From the NCBI RefSeq assembly GCF_009914755.1, contig NC_060925.1: a DNA stretch of 64,000 nucleotides. One strand, 5' to 3'. Under the pieces are notes generated by a model. That model did not search any database, was not told the origin of the DNA, and worked only from the letters and a program-made list of their open reading frames with translations. The position numbers and the translations under genes are program-made. Positions 50,485-62,395 of this stretch are shown in pieces; within the stretch, counting starts at the first letter, position 1, and each line of letters begins with the position of its first letter. The DNA is from the human T2T-CHM13v2.0 reference genome, Homo sapiens.

Positions 50485-50870
50485 CATTCATTCATTCTTC
50501 ATTCAATAAATGCACGGATGGCTGTGCGCCAGGCACTCTTCTAGGCATAGAGGCTATGTTGTGAACATAACAAACTATATACACCACTGTCTCATGGCAT
50601 CCCCAGTCTAGTAGGGAGACAGACGAGAAACAAACCTGCAAGTCCATAACCTGTCAGGGCATGGTCTCCAGGGAAGAAAAAGCAGGAGAAGGGAAGGGAT
50701 GCAGAGGATGGAGGGTCTGGGACCTTTCCGTGGCGGTAGACCTCTCTGTAGCAGAGACCTGAGCAGAGACCTGAAGGGAGGGAGGGCATAGGTCCTGCAA
50801 ACATCTGGGGCTTCCAGGAGACGATACAGCAAGTGCAAAGACCCCAGTGTGGGATCGTGCTAGCCATGCT
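50485..50870 (-). mobile_element. L2 3' fragment
   Basis: (CATT)n..GCGCCAGGCACT..CAGTCTAGTAGGGAGACAGAC..TGAGCAGAGACCTGAAGG..AAGTGCAAAGACCC. Confidence 0.85.
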
Positions 50871-51199
50871 CATGGAAAGGCAGTTACTGGGAAATTTAAT
50901 GATCTTACTGACAGAGGAGGCACAGGGAGATTTGGGAACTCAGAGGAAGCTCTGCCCTGCTTGGGTGAGGGTGGATGAGCATTCAGGGCATCTTGAAGAA
51001 TGAATAGGAGTTGGCTACCTGGGGAGTGTATGGAAAAGCATCTCTGAAGAAGAAACAGACACAGGTCACGGAGGAATGAAAGAACCTGGGCGTTTTGGCA
51101 GTGGGAGGTGGCAGGAGTGGGGAGGGGAGGGAGTAGGGTAAGGGTGGGGGCAGGAGGGAGCCAGAACAAGGAGGCCCTGCTAGGATGAGAGGAAGGTGC

Positions 51200-51592
51200 T
51201 TCCTTGCTGATCCTTAAACACTGTAGGTTTATTCCTACATCAGGGCCTTTGCACTTGCTGTTCCCTCTGGCTGCAATGCTCTTCCCCAGATATCTGCATA
51301 GCTCATTCCTGCATATGCTTTCTAGGCCTCTGCTCAAATGTCACCTTACCCCGATCCCCAACTAAGCACTCTATGTCTGAGCTCTTCCCCACACCTTCTT
51401 GCCCTTCCCTGCTCTGTTATTCTCTTAGCTATTATCATCTTTGCAGTGCACATCATGGACATCTCACCTGTTGATTGCCTGTCTTCATCCGGGAGAATGA
51501 AAGTTCCAGGAGGGCAGCAATTGTATCTCTTTGATCACTGCTGCATCCCCAAAGGTGATGCAATAGGTATTTGTAGAATGACTGAATGAATG
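51200..51592 (+). mobile_element. L2a-like 3' end
   Basis: CAGGGCCTTTGCACTTGCTGTTCCCTCTG..GCTCAAATGTCACC..TATTTGTAGAATGACTGAATGAA. Confidence 0.88.
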
Positions 51593-51760
51593 GCCTTGTA
51601 AGTCAAGCCAAGGAGCAGGGAGCTTATCCTCAGAGCGCAGGGGAGCTGGCCAAAGCTTTGAAGGAGGGAAGTTATAGGGTCTGATTTAGGAAGATCTCCT
51701 GCCCAAATTGAAGGTTTGAGGCTGGGGACCAGTGAGGAGGCTGTGCTGCCCCCTCGGATT

Positions 51761-52607
51761 TATTAGAAATGCAAAATGCTTGTTCCCCGGTGCCACAAAG
51801 AAATAGCACTCAAACATAAATTTAATTTTCTCAGCAAGGCAATTTTTACTTTCTGCAGAAAGGGTGCTCTTCACAGATGGAACAATGGCGAGAGCACAAC
51901 TGGACAGGGGAGGGGAAGGAGTTCTTATTCCTGACACAGGGCCCTATTGCTGTGTCTTTCCCCTATTGGAGTCACGCGCCCCACGCTGCCTCTCAGCCCC
52001 GAGCCTTCCCCACTTCTCCACTCGGGAAATAGCAGCTCCATCCACCCGGCTTCTCAGCCAGAAACCTGGGAGTTTTGTGGACAAATTCCTCATTCCCAGA
52101 CCCCTACGGTTCCTGCTCTGGTCCAAGCTGCCATCAGCTCTGCCTGGACGTCCCCCTCCATCTCCTCACTGGGCCCCTGCTCCCATTCTGACCTCCTGGA
52201 GGAGCTAGGGGTCATTTTAAAAAGAATGGCTAAGGTTGGGGCGCACAGTCTAAGCTAATTCCTGTTGGCTATTTTAAAGAGAGCAGGGGTATGAGCCAGA
52301 GTGGCAGGGTAAGTAGTTTGGCGGGAAGGATGGTTAGAAACAGGTAACTTAGGTCAGAGCAGGTGACCAGGGGTGATTCAGGTCAAAGCACGTGACTGGG
52401 ATGAGTCAGGACAGAGCAGATGACCAGGGGAACAGATGTGAACTACTGATTAAAACTGGTGGAAAAAGTTGTTTACTGAAACTAGAAGCAAGAGGGTAAG
52501 AGAACCGGGAAGTTAAGCTTTAAAATGGAGAATCAAAGAATAAGAGAGCTGAACATACTAACATACTGATTCTTTGAAGAGAAACTTGGGGTTCACTATA
52601 TTTAACA
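51761..52607 (-). mobile_element. Solo LTR10-family LTR (HERV-I/ERV1) inserted in L2, carrying a ~260-bp foreign insert (51970-52229)
   Basis: Minus strand begins TGTTAAATATAGTGAACCCCAAGTTTCTCTTCAAAGAATCAGTATG; the other end reads GGTGCCACAAAGAAATAGCACTCAAACATAAATTTAATTTTCTCAGCAAGGC; internal ~28-bp repeats with TGAGTCA at 52402; TSD not clear. Confidence 0.88.
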
Positions 52608-54281
52608 GGTGTGAGCTGATGGCTGTGGACCATGGAAGTGGCAGTGGAGAGGCCAGAAGGGGGTGGAATGTGGAGACCCCAGGAGGTCTTGGCACCTGCT
52701 TGGCTGGGGATGTAGGAAGCTGGGCGATATACTGAGTTGCCAACCTCGGAGGCTGTTTGGGAGGCAGGGCAAGCTCAAGGGGTCAGAGGGGTCTAGATTT
52801 AGATGGGCTGCCCTAGAGGGCCTGTGGACCTCAGGTAATGCAGCAGGTCCCAGTGATAAAGAAACAGGATGTTGCCTGAACTATGACATGGGGAGGCAAA
52901 AGTGACGCTGCATCCAAAGGAGTGAGTGATGGATGGTGGCCCATGGGCATTTCTGCAGAGGGACGGTGGAACTAAAAGTGTTGCTGGTGGTGGTGGAGGG
53001 TGGGAAGGTGGAGGCTGATGCTCTGTGTGCATAAGTCCCAGAGCCCAGGTCAGATTGGAGCCGGTAGGCCACACCTTCCACAACCATCAAAAGAGAGAAA
53101 GAAACCCAAGGCTGTGTGTAGGGGAATGGGGTCATGGGGAGAGGGTCAGACACAGTTCACAGAACCCCAAGCCATGAGTGAGGTTCTAGGGGGTGGGCTG
53201 TTAGGACCAAACCACAAGCACAGAGACTGGGCCAGGGGAAGTCAGTGCTCACTCCTGTGCCACACCTTCGCGGTAGCATCCGTCTGTCCAGCATGGCCTG
53301 GCCCTTTTGCTGCCCCATGCGAGGCGGTTGAGGCCAGGAAGGCCCTCCCAGGCAGATCTCAAATCCCATCTGGCCTGGGACCCACCATCTCCACAGATGC
53401 AAGACTCTCTGTGCCCTGCTTCCCATCAGTCCCCAGCCCCATGCTGAGCCCAACCTCTCTTTTTGCTGGCATTTCAGAGCTGCAGCCCTTCTTATTTGTG
53501 ATCAAGTGTTAATTTGGCACTCAGAGAGGCTCTGCTCTGAGTCCAGGTCAGCAGCTCTCAATACAGATGCTCTGCCATCCCTCCCTGGAGAGCTGGCCTG
53601 GCCATAGGAGCCAGTCCATAGGGAGGCAGGCGGTCCCAAGCAGGGCTGGGGGCTCATTCCCAGCCCAGCATCAGCCAGAGTGTGGGGGATAGGGCAGGGC
53701 CTGTGGCCAGGTCGGGGCTGAGCTCTGGAGGGGACATAGATAGCTCTCAGCTCTGCCCTTCCTGTGCATCTTGGGGAGAACTGCTGGCCCCTTCTGAGTC
53801 CTGGTTTCTTATTTGTAACACAGCAAAGCTAAGAGGGCAGTCCTGGCACAGGCCTTATGCACAGCAGGTGTACCATCAGCGGCAGCTGCTCCCAATATCA
53901 TCGTCATGAGTTACCACAGACACCCCATCTCCCAGACAGTACCCCAGGATGGAGTTTCTTCCTGCAGAGGCCTAAGGGCACAGAGTGAACCAGAAGCCCT
54001 GGCACAGACCTGAGGGTAGGGGCCTGGTGCCTGCGTGGATCTCAGATGGGGAACAGGGTGGGCAGTGGAAGGCCTCACCTGATGGGGGTATTTCCAGATG
54101 CCTCCATGTATGGATTTAATCCTCCCAGCTCCTTAAACCACACCCTCCTGTTTCTGTTCAAATGCCTAGGCGAGTGTCTATTTCTAGGAAGGGCTCCCCA
54201 GCCAGGGATCAGACATAGCCCAGCCACCCCCATCAGGTACCAAGCACCCTACCTGCCTGTCGTGCTCACCGTCTCCAGGAC

Positions 54282-54333
54282 ACTGATCTCATTTGCAGAT
54301 GAAGGAACTGATCTCATTTGCAGATGAAGGAAC
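54282..54333. repeat. Perfect 25-bp tandem duplication (ACTGATCTCATTTGCAGATGAAGGA)x2 inside a MIR
   Basis: Seen directly, no mismatches. Confidence 0.97.
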
Positions 54334-54509
54334 AGAGAGGTAATGTGTCCAAGGTCACACCGCCAAGGAGGAGCTATGCCAGGTGCAGAGGCCTCCTGGC
54401 TGCTGAGTGGTAGGGCTGTGCTGGCCCCCTTGGGCTGGCCCAGGGCCTGTGCCTTGACCACATGGCTCCCCAGCCCCTCATGGTGGTCACCCACTGGACC
54501 CACCCAGGC

Positions 54510-54630
54510 CCTGCAAGATTGGCCTCATCATCCCCACTTTACAGATGAGGAAACTGAGGCTGCAGGGTAAGGAAGAGGCTCATGCAAGACCTGCGCCTAG
54601 AACCAGGATTCCAACCCAAGTCTGCTGCCC
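54510..54630 (-). mobile_element. MIR fragment
   Basis: CATCCCCACTTTACAGATGAGGAAACTGAGGCT. Confidence 0.85.
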
Positions 54631-55498
54631 ACAAAACCCAAGCCCTACATGGATCAACAGGGCACAGTCGGGAGGAGCCAGGGCAGGGTTGGCTTCCAGA
54701 ACAGAAGCAGGGGTGGGCCAGGGAGGAGCCAGGGGTCTGGTGCCAGGACTCCCACCTAGGATGGTGGGAAGTGCCTTCATAGTCCCCCAGGTCAGCCCTG
54801 ACTTCCCCACAGACGCCTCTCCCTGACATACAAAGCCCCAGCCCCGGCCAGGCCTTTCAGGGCCTTGGCCACTCCTGCCTCCATCCCAAGTAGCTGGGCC
54901 TCACTTGGCTGTATTAACACTGAGCTGCGGCCAAGGGGGAGCCCCGCATGTCCCGTTGGCCTTCAGGGCACAGCAGTGCTCAGTCCCAGTTTCCGGACCC
55001 TCTGCCCATGTGGCCAAGTCTGGTCCTGGATCCTGAAACCCACAGCTGCCAACTGTCACCTTGCGTCCAAGCTGCTCTTGCAGCACTTGGGCCCAGCCAG
55101 CCTTCCCTGGCCCTGTCTGCTCCCTGGAGCAACTGGCCACCCTGAGTGCCCTGCAGGGGCCCAGCGGTCCTTCTGCCCAACAGCCCCCCTTCCTCTCCCC
55201 CATCTTTCTTTGGGAACGGTCCCTCCCAACCCTGCTCAGTTCATGCAGTTCTGTGGGGTGGGTCTGGGCACAGCCAGGCGGGCCTTCCTTCCATCCCCTG
55301 TGCAGTGAGTGGATCAGTGACGGGCAGGCAACCCGAGCTGAGTCAGGGAAACCCATTGCTGGGATTTCTGCTATGGTGGTGAGGAAGGAGGCTCTCTAGG
55401 TCTTCTGCAGCAGATGGAGTGGCTGGGATGAGGCTTGGAGGACCCCACAGGGAGGTGTCGGGCATCTGAGTCCTTGTGGAATCAGGTAAGAACCTGGA

Positions 55499-55506
<8 letters not shown>

Positions 55507-55549
<43 letters not shown>
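55507..55549. repeat. (AC)21 microsatellite
   Basis: Seen directly. Confidence 0.98.
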
Positions 55550-55551
<2 letters not shown>

Positions 55552-55733
55552 CTCCTTCTATGTGGACCAGCACTGACAGCACATCCTGCCGGGAGCAGTG
55601 GGGGATAAAACAATGAATTCCTAGCAGACCTCCTGAGCTGTGGAGGCATGGAGGGGTGGGGAGGGGAGAGGCAGGGAGGTTAGGGAAGGGAAGGAGATAC
55701 TGGTGACCACCCCTGCCCCTGGCACCCCGGGTT

Positions 55734-55965
55734 ATGATGCCCCACAATGGCCCAGCCCCTAATGCCATGATAGGGCTGGGCTGGGCCTGCACGGTGCCAT
55801 CTCAAAGCTCCCGGGTGATCCTGTGTGCAGCTGGTGAGGATGCTGCTCCAAAGCGAGGGCCTCACCAGCTGCACACAGGATCACCCGGGAGCTTTGAGAT
55901 GGCACCGTGCAGGCCCAGCCCAGCCCTATCATGGCATTAGGGGCTGGGCCATTGCGGGACATCAT
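55734..55965. repeat. Long inverted repeat: perfect 95-bp arms (55745-55839 / 55860-55954), 20-nt spacer; extends to 106 bp with 2 mismatches
   Basis: Base-by-base reverse-complement match; mirrored ORFs 55734..55940(+) and 55759..56052(-) share peptide sequence. Confidence 0.98.
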
Positions 55966-57270
55966 GGTCAGAGGGAAGCAGGGGCAGTGGATCCAGGACC
56001 TTCTCTTTCTGCTCTGCCAGCCACAGCTACCATATGGGGCAGCCCTGGGCACTCACCTGGGGCCTGCAGGGTTGGGTCCTGGACGCCTGCCTGCTCCTCG
56101 ACCCAGTCTGAGGAGGAAGACACCCAGGCTGTGGAAGCCACAGAAGGGCGTTAGGCAGGAAAGCAACGCGATCGACCTGTGTTTGGGACAATCACTCTGC
56201 CTGGTGATCCAGCTGTCCCCAGCATTTGTGCAGCCCAGGGCATGAGAACCAGTGGAGGGCATGGGCCAGTGACTGAGCATGGAACTTCACAAGTCACATC
56301 TGTTAAATCCAACATGCTCCATTCCCCTGCTTGTACTGACACATTTTCAAAAGGGCCTGGAAGGCCAGGTTTGAATTTGGAATTCCTGGACCCCTCAGCA
56401 TTCTGCTTTGCACTGTGGTGGTGTTGAGAAATTGGGACTGACCAACTTGGGACCAGTCCCCCTCCCCTCCCCTCCCATGGCCCAGTCCCACATCACAGTC
56501 TCACACATTATGTGACACCCCACCCTGCAGGTCGATGCTGTATTTGTATACCTCCTCACACACAGCTGCACGTCTGGGGTCAACAGCTGGGCACAATGGC
56601 ACAGAGAAGAGGCCATGTGGGTCCTGGGAGCAGGCAGGGATTCTGGGGCTGGGGTATCTGGAGCTAGAGCAGGGCCCCCTAAACCTGGGCCCCCCTCACT
56701 CAGATCTCAGGGTGTGCAGGGTGGATGGATTGCAGGGCAGGTGGGGCTGAGGAACAAGTAGGAGGGCGTGGGGATGTCCGGGCCAGAGATCACCAGTTCT
56801 GAGATGGGGGAGAGGGAGGGGGTAAGGGAGAGGGGAATCCCAGGGGTGTAAGGTGTTAAAACTGGCAGGACCGGATGGTGCCCACGGTGTGGGGAGAGGG
56901 AGAGTTGGGGATGCCTGCTTATTTCCGACTGGGGTGAGCAGGGGCTGTAGGGCACAAGGCTGAGGAGCAATTTGATGGGAAAATGAAGGTTTGGTTTTGA
57001 ATGTGTCCAGTGGAAAGAGGTTGTGGGCCACCCAGAGGGCAGCAGCTGCAGGAGCCCCAGATAGAAAGGTCCAGAAGGCAGGGTGGCCTGTCTGGCTCAG
57101 CACTGCATGGGTAGCACTTAGAGTCCCTTGATATGGACCACAGCTCAGGAAGAGCTTCAACAGGAGGTGTTCTGGGCATGGGTAGTGGGGACCCATGGAT
57201 GTAGATGAGCTCATACAGAAGAAGAAGAGAGGAGGGTGCTGGGGAGAACTGGGACACTGCCAGTTGGGGC

Positions 57271-57636
57271 TGCATTAGTCCATTTTCATGCTGCTAATAA
57301 AGACATACCCAAGACTGGGAATAAAGAGATGTTTAATAAATGTACAGTTCCACATGGCTGGGGAGGGCTCACAATCAATGGTGGAAGGCAAGGCGGAGCA
57401 AGTCACGTCTTACATGGAAGGTGGCAGGCAAACAGAGAGAGCTTGTACAGGGGAACTCCTCTTTATAAAACCATCAGATCTCCTGAGACTTATTCACTAT
57501 CATGAGAACAGCACGAGAAAGAACCACCCCTATCATTCAATTACCTCCCACTGGGTCCCTCCCACAACACATGGGAATTGTGGGAGCTACAATTCAAGAT
57601 GAGATTCGGGTGGGGACACAGAGCCAAACCATATCA
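57271..57636 (-). mobile_element. THE1B-like solo LTR nested at the end of an MLT1A element
   Basis: TGCATTAGTCCATTTTCATGCTGCT..AAAGACATACCCAAGACTGGG..GGAGCAAGTCACGTCTTACATGG..GGGGACACAGAGCCAAACCATATCA. Confidence 0.92.
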
Positions 57637-57985
57637 GGCTGCTGTAACAGAAACAGACTGGTGGCTTAAACAACAGAGATTTATTTTCTCACAGTTTTGG
57701 AGCCTGGAATTCCAAGATCAGGGTGCCAGTGTGATCGGGTTCTGGCGAGGCCTTTCTTCCTGGCTGTGAATGGCCATCGTCTTGCTGTGTCTTCACATGA
57801 CGGCGAGAGAGAGAGAGCAAGCTTGCTGGAGTCTCTTCTTACAAGGGCACCAACCCTACCACGAGGCCCCACCCTCATGACCTCATCTGAATCTAATTTC
57901 CTCCCAAAGTCCCCATCTCCAAATGCCATCACATTTTGAGTTAGGGATCAGCACATGAATTTGAGGGGACACAGTCAGTCCACAG
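57637..57985 (-). mobile_element. MLT1A/MLT1A0 LTR
   Basis: GGCTGCTGTAACAG..GGTGGCTTAAACAACAGA..CCCACCCTCATGACCTCATCT..CCCATCTCCAAAT..ATGAATTTGAGGGGACACA. Confidence 0.9.
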
Positions 57986-58779
57986 GGAGCACCAAGCTAT
58001 AAGGAATGAGGAGAGAAAGAGAGGTGAGAAAGTGGGCCTGAAGGGGAGGAACAAGTCTGGGATAGGGTGGCAGAGTCTTGGAAGGACACCAGATGTGGGT
58101 ATAGCATGGGGATGAGGGCAGAAGTTTCTTCCCCAACAACCCTAAGAAGTCAGACTGTGATAACTGCTATCCAGTCATTTAAACAAGGTGCACTGGAGGC
58201 TTGTGCCACAGGACATTGATTTCCACTGAAATTGAAAGAAGCCTCATAGAAGTTCTCCTTTTAACCTTGGCTTCCAAGAAGGTGGGGTAGGATTGCAACT
58301 GGCAGAACTGGGGAGATAGATGGGGTGGTGGGTGAGGTGGGACATGCAGGGCACAGGGCTGGAAGGCTGAGGGAGCTGGTACGTCCAGGGCAAAGGGTTC
58401 AGTAGACAGGGCTAGATTTGGGCAAAGGGCACTAAACAGAAGGTGTCAGGCCAGTGGAAATAAAAAGAGAAGATCTGAAGAGGAACAAGAGACAGAAATA
58501 TTCGGATGCTCACGATGTAGCAGGCGGCCCAGGGCAGGGACAGGTGCTGCTGCTGGGGAAATGAAGAGATGGTCTTGGGATTACATAGCCTTGGATTCTC
58601 CAGCCTTAGATGAGAAGCAAGATGAAATCATACTATCTGAAAGCCTTAGCATCTAATGAAGTCTTACAATTTTAGGATACTTGAATCATAGACTCTCAGA
58701 GACTTTGGTTTTTAAAATCACAGAAATGTTGAATCTTAAATCTCTTTAGTGTCAAAATCTTGACCACCTCCTCCTCCTG

Positions 58780-59010
58780 GGTATGATAATATGCATTCTG
58801 CGCTCAGCGCCTTGCACACATGTCATTTAGTCCCCATGACAACCCTGGGAAGTAGGAATGATTATTTTGCCTGATTTTCCAGATGAAGAAACTGCGGCTC
58901 AGTGAGGGTAAGTCAGTTGCTGAAGGTCAAGCACCTGGTGGGCAGCATGGCTGGGGCTCGGCCCAGATCTCTGGGCCTCCGAAGCCCATGGTCTCAGCCT
59001 CTCTGCTACT
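58780..59010 (-). mobile_element. MIR SINE
   Basis: ACAACCCTGGGAAGTAGG..CAGATGAAGAAACTGCGGCTCAG..AAGGTCA. Confidence 0.85.
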
Positions 59011-59799
59011 TTGCCTCCTGCAAAACCTCTCTGCTGAGTGCTCACCCATCCTCCATGCACGCCTCCAGTGACGGGGAGCTCATTACCTTCCCCAGGGCCG
59101 CCCATCCATCCCAACTTTTGACACATCCCTTCTTCTCACCCATTGGCCCCCAATCTGTCTTGGGAGACCACGCAGAAGACAAACCTTTTTCCAGGACTCC
59201 TGGAGGGGGAGGGCGCAGCTACCTGCTGTGGGGCAGCGACTATACAGGAGAGAGGATTTGAATTAGAAAAGCCCCGATGCCGCCCATCCTGGCGAGAGAT
59301 GGGGTTTAACCCAAGGGAGGGAAGCAACCAGAGACACCAAAGCAGGTTCCCCAGAAGACAAATGGTGATGGAGCCCAGAACATGCGGAAGGCAGCCAGAC
59401 AGGGGGAGCAGAGAACGCAGGAATGCGATTCTCCTCCACAGAGTTATGGCGCCTAATGAGATTGGAATCGTAAGTGCTTTTATTTCCTTAGCTCTTTTCT
59501 CTGAAAACTTATTCTGCAAATTGTGCCTTGTGTCATCCATCCTCCCAGATGGCTTTTTAAGTGAGGCTGTTTGTTAAGTGGGAGAAGAACAGGGAGATTA
59601 ATCAGGAGGAGCGAACAGGAAGAGCTGCTGCAAACCCTGGGGAAGGAGACACAACCGGACCAGCAAGTGCGATGAGAGTGTGCAGAGAGAGCCCGTGGTG
59701 GGCCGGTGGGGTTGGGGGGGCGGTCCCCAGAAGACATGGAGCACGTCCTTCCAGGATGAGACCATTGGGCACAGCTGAGTCCACATGACCAGGGTTCCA

Positions 59800-60260
59800 G
59801 TGACAGTCACTGACAGATACTGGGCTCCAGTGTGAGCCCTGGGTGAGCACTTCGGAGTCACTGGTCCCAAACGTCCTCCCACATCCCCAAGCAGCAGGTA
59901 CTATGACTGTCCTCAGTCACCAGAAGAGCTCAGAGAGGGGCAGGCACTTGTCCAAGGTCACATAGGTGGTGAGAGGCTGACTAGGGATTGGAGCCCAGGG
60001 CTGCCGGACTCCAGAGCCCCAGCTCTTGACAGGGATGTCACAACACACAGCTGCAGACTGACAGTCAGAACCTCTGGGCTTAGGGCCCAGATATCTGTGT
60101 CCTTAAAAGTCCCACCCTATTCTCGGATGCCTTAAAGCACACCCAAGGTTGAGAACCCCTGAGCTGCCCCAACCACCTCATTGTACAGACAGAGACACGG
60201 ACAGCCTGAGCAGGGACAGCACTTGCACAGGGTCACAACGCAGGTCAGAGGGCCTAGAAC
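59800..60260. mobile_element. MIR fragments flanking a probable MER5-type fragment (~60050-60160)
   Basis: GCTCAGAGAGGGG..CTTGTCCAAGGTCACA; AGTCAGAACCTCTGGG..GGGCCCAG..GGTTGAGAACC. Confidence 0.65.
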
Positions 60261-60994
60261 CGTCGCCCCATTCCCTGGTGAATTCTCAAGGTGAGTGTTC
60301 GCAGAGCCGATCGCAGCGGAGGCATGAGGAGGTAGAACTGTCCGGGGCTGCACATCTGCGGCCTCCCAGAGGGAGGGCCTGATGGATTCTGTTTCCACCT
60401 CTGCATCTCGAGGCCTCTTTTTCCCCCTCCTTCCTTGGGGCAGCCCCCCTTCTCCTCCCAAGCCATGCTTTGGGGGCCAAGATGGATCACAGCTGTCCCT
60501 GCCCACAGATGGTGCGTCCACCACCCTGTGGCAGCCAGTGTAGCCCGGGATGCCCCGCAGCGGCTCAGTGAGTGATTAGGGAAGGGAAGGAGGAAGGGCC
60601 TGGGGAGGGGCATGGCTCCGGGACAGGGGACACAGTGGAAAGCACAGCATCTTCCTCTCGAGGCAGCCCCAGACCAGAACCTGCACTGTGTCCTCCCAAG
60701 CTTCAAATCACACATGTCATACCAACCAGGAAGGGACATGGGCGTCTCAAACAATGAATAATGCTGGAAACTGGCAGCCACCTTATACTTGCAAATGGGG
60801 TCTTTGCCTCCCCAGAGAAAGTGGTGTCTGCCCCATTTCTTAGGCCATGGCAGAGACCTTCAAGGTGGTGGGAGAAGGTAGGCCAGGGCAGCCTCCCTTC
60901 ACAGTGAGCCTGGGTCCTCCTAGGTGGACTCTTACCTGACTGGTTGCTGTGATCCCATTTCTGTCTTTAAAATGGTTAATTCTCTGGCCCAGGC

Positions 60995-61052
60995 TGGCCC
61001 CGCCCACAAGCTGGGATGGCCCCACCCACAAGCTGGGATGGCCCTGCCCACA
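60995..61052. repeat. 22-bp tandem repeat, ~2.6 copies (TGGCCCCRCCCACAAGCTGGGA)
   Basis: Seen directly. Confidence 0.92.
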
Positions 61053-62121
61053 GGAGGCTGTCCTCATCCTGCAGACTTTCAAGCCACTGACCTCCTTCCC
61101 TTCCCCAGCCTCTTCTACAGCCTGAAATCCTCCTCAGGGTTCCCCCTTTGGCTGTTGAAGATCTCCCGAGGGTTCCTGGGGACCGGCTTTATTGTGACAT
61201 TATGTTTGAAAGCAACGCTGGCCATGAGCACCTCCCCAGACCTCTGTGAGCACAGTGTCCTTGTCTGTAGCTGGGCATCCTCACTCCCCCTCACAGGGCC
61301 TGAGCCCCTGGGGGTCACAGGAAGCCCACAGGGGTCCCAGAAAGCCCCGACACTGCACCTTGTCCAGGAGGCCCAGCAAGCAGGAGTTACTTTGTGAACC
61401 CACAGGGACTCGGACCTGGACATCTGAGGAGCAAACGTCCTGTCCTGTGGGGCTCCAGTCCCTCAGGCAGGTGGGCCTCTGCTACCACCCCCTGGTCCCT
61501 CTCATGCTGGGGCCTCCTGACTACGATTTTGAACCTGGAGCACAGGGGCAGGTGAGATGGGACCAGCTGCCCTGACTCCCTGCTGAGGGCTGCCGGCCCC
61601 AGCCTGCTTCTTGTGTTTGTCATGAGGGTTCCTGGGCACCCGGGATCTGATTTGACGATCACATTGCTGGGACTCAGGGGCCCCAGGCCAGGGCTCTGGC
61701 TGGGGGGACAGGCAACCCCATGGGCCACTGGGGGTGCCAGTCAGGGTGACTTTAGGAAAGCGAGCGGATGATAAAGACCCCCAGCCTGGGATGCATTCCA
61801 TTTCTTGATACCCTGATCCCACCTGCAGGAATCTGTCCTGGAGGTGGTCAGGGACTCAGGCAAACGGTGCCCAAAACATTCATGGCAGCCTGACGTGTAT
61901 GAGAACAGCCCCGGAAGCCTCCGAGCATCTGACAGTCGAGGATGGTGAGGTAAATGATGGTGCATCGAAATGAGGTACAATTACGAAGCTATTAACATCA
62001 TGCTTTTGAGGAATTTTCAATGATGTGGGAAAAAGCTGATGATAGAATGGTAAGGGAAGAGAAATGAGTATACAGTATGGTCCCAATTACATAATATTTC
62101 AGTACTGCAGAGAGAAAGATC

Positions 62122-62395
62122 AGATGATGATGATGACGATGATAATGATGATGATGGTGATCATCAGAGCTGCTATTTATTGAGCACTTGCTGTGTGCCT
62201 GCCTGTACTTCCGTTAGCTCATTTCACCTCATCACGCCCCTGCGCGATGGCAGTGGCAATAACTCCACTTTACAGATGAGGAGAATGAGGCACAGAGAGG
62301 AGGTTGGTGACCTGCCAGGGAGCACACAGCTGAGACAGGACTTGAGCCCAGGTCTGTGTACCTCTGAAACTCACTCTGTCCTGTCTACCACTCTC
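62122..62395 (-). mobile_element. MIR SINE with a (GAT)n microsatellite tail (62122-62161)
   Basis: (GAT)n, then ATTTATTGAGCACTT..CACTTTACAGATGAGGAG..TTGAGCCCAGGTCTG. Confidence 0.88.

Noticed and set aside
55734-55965. Naming the hairpin as a known microRNA
   Set aside because: I do not recognise the sequence as any annotated miRNA; a database search is needed.
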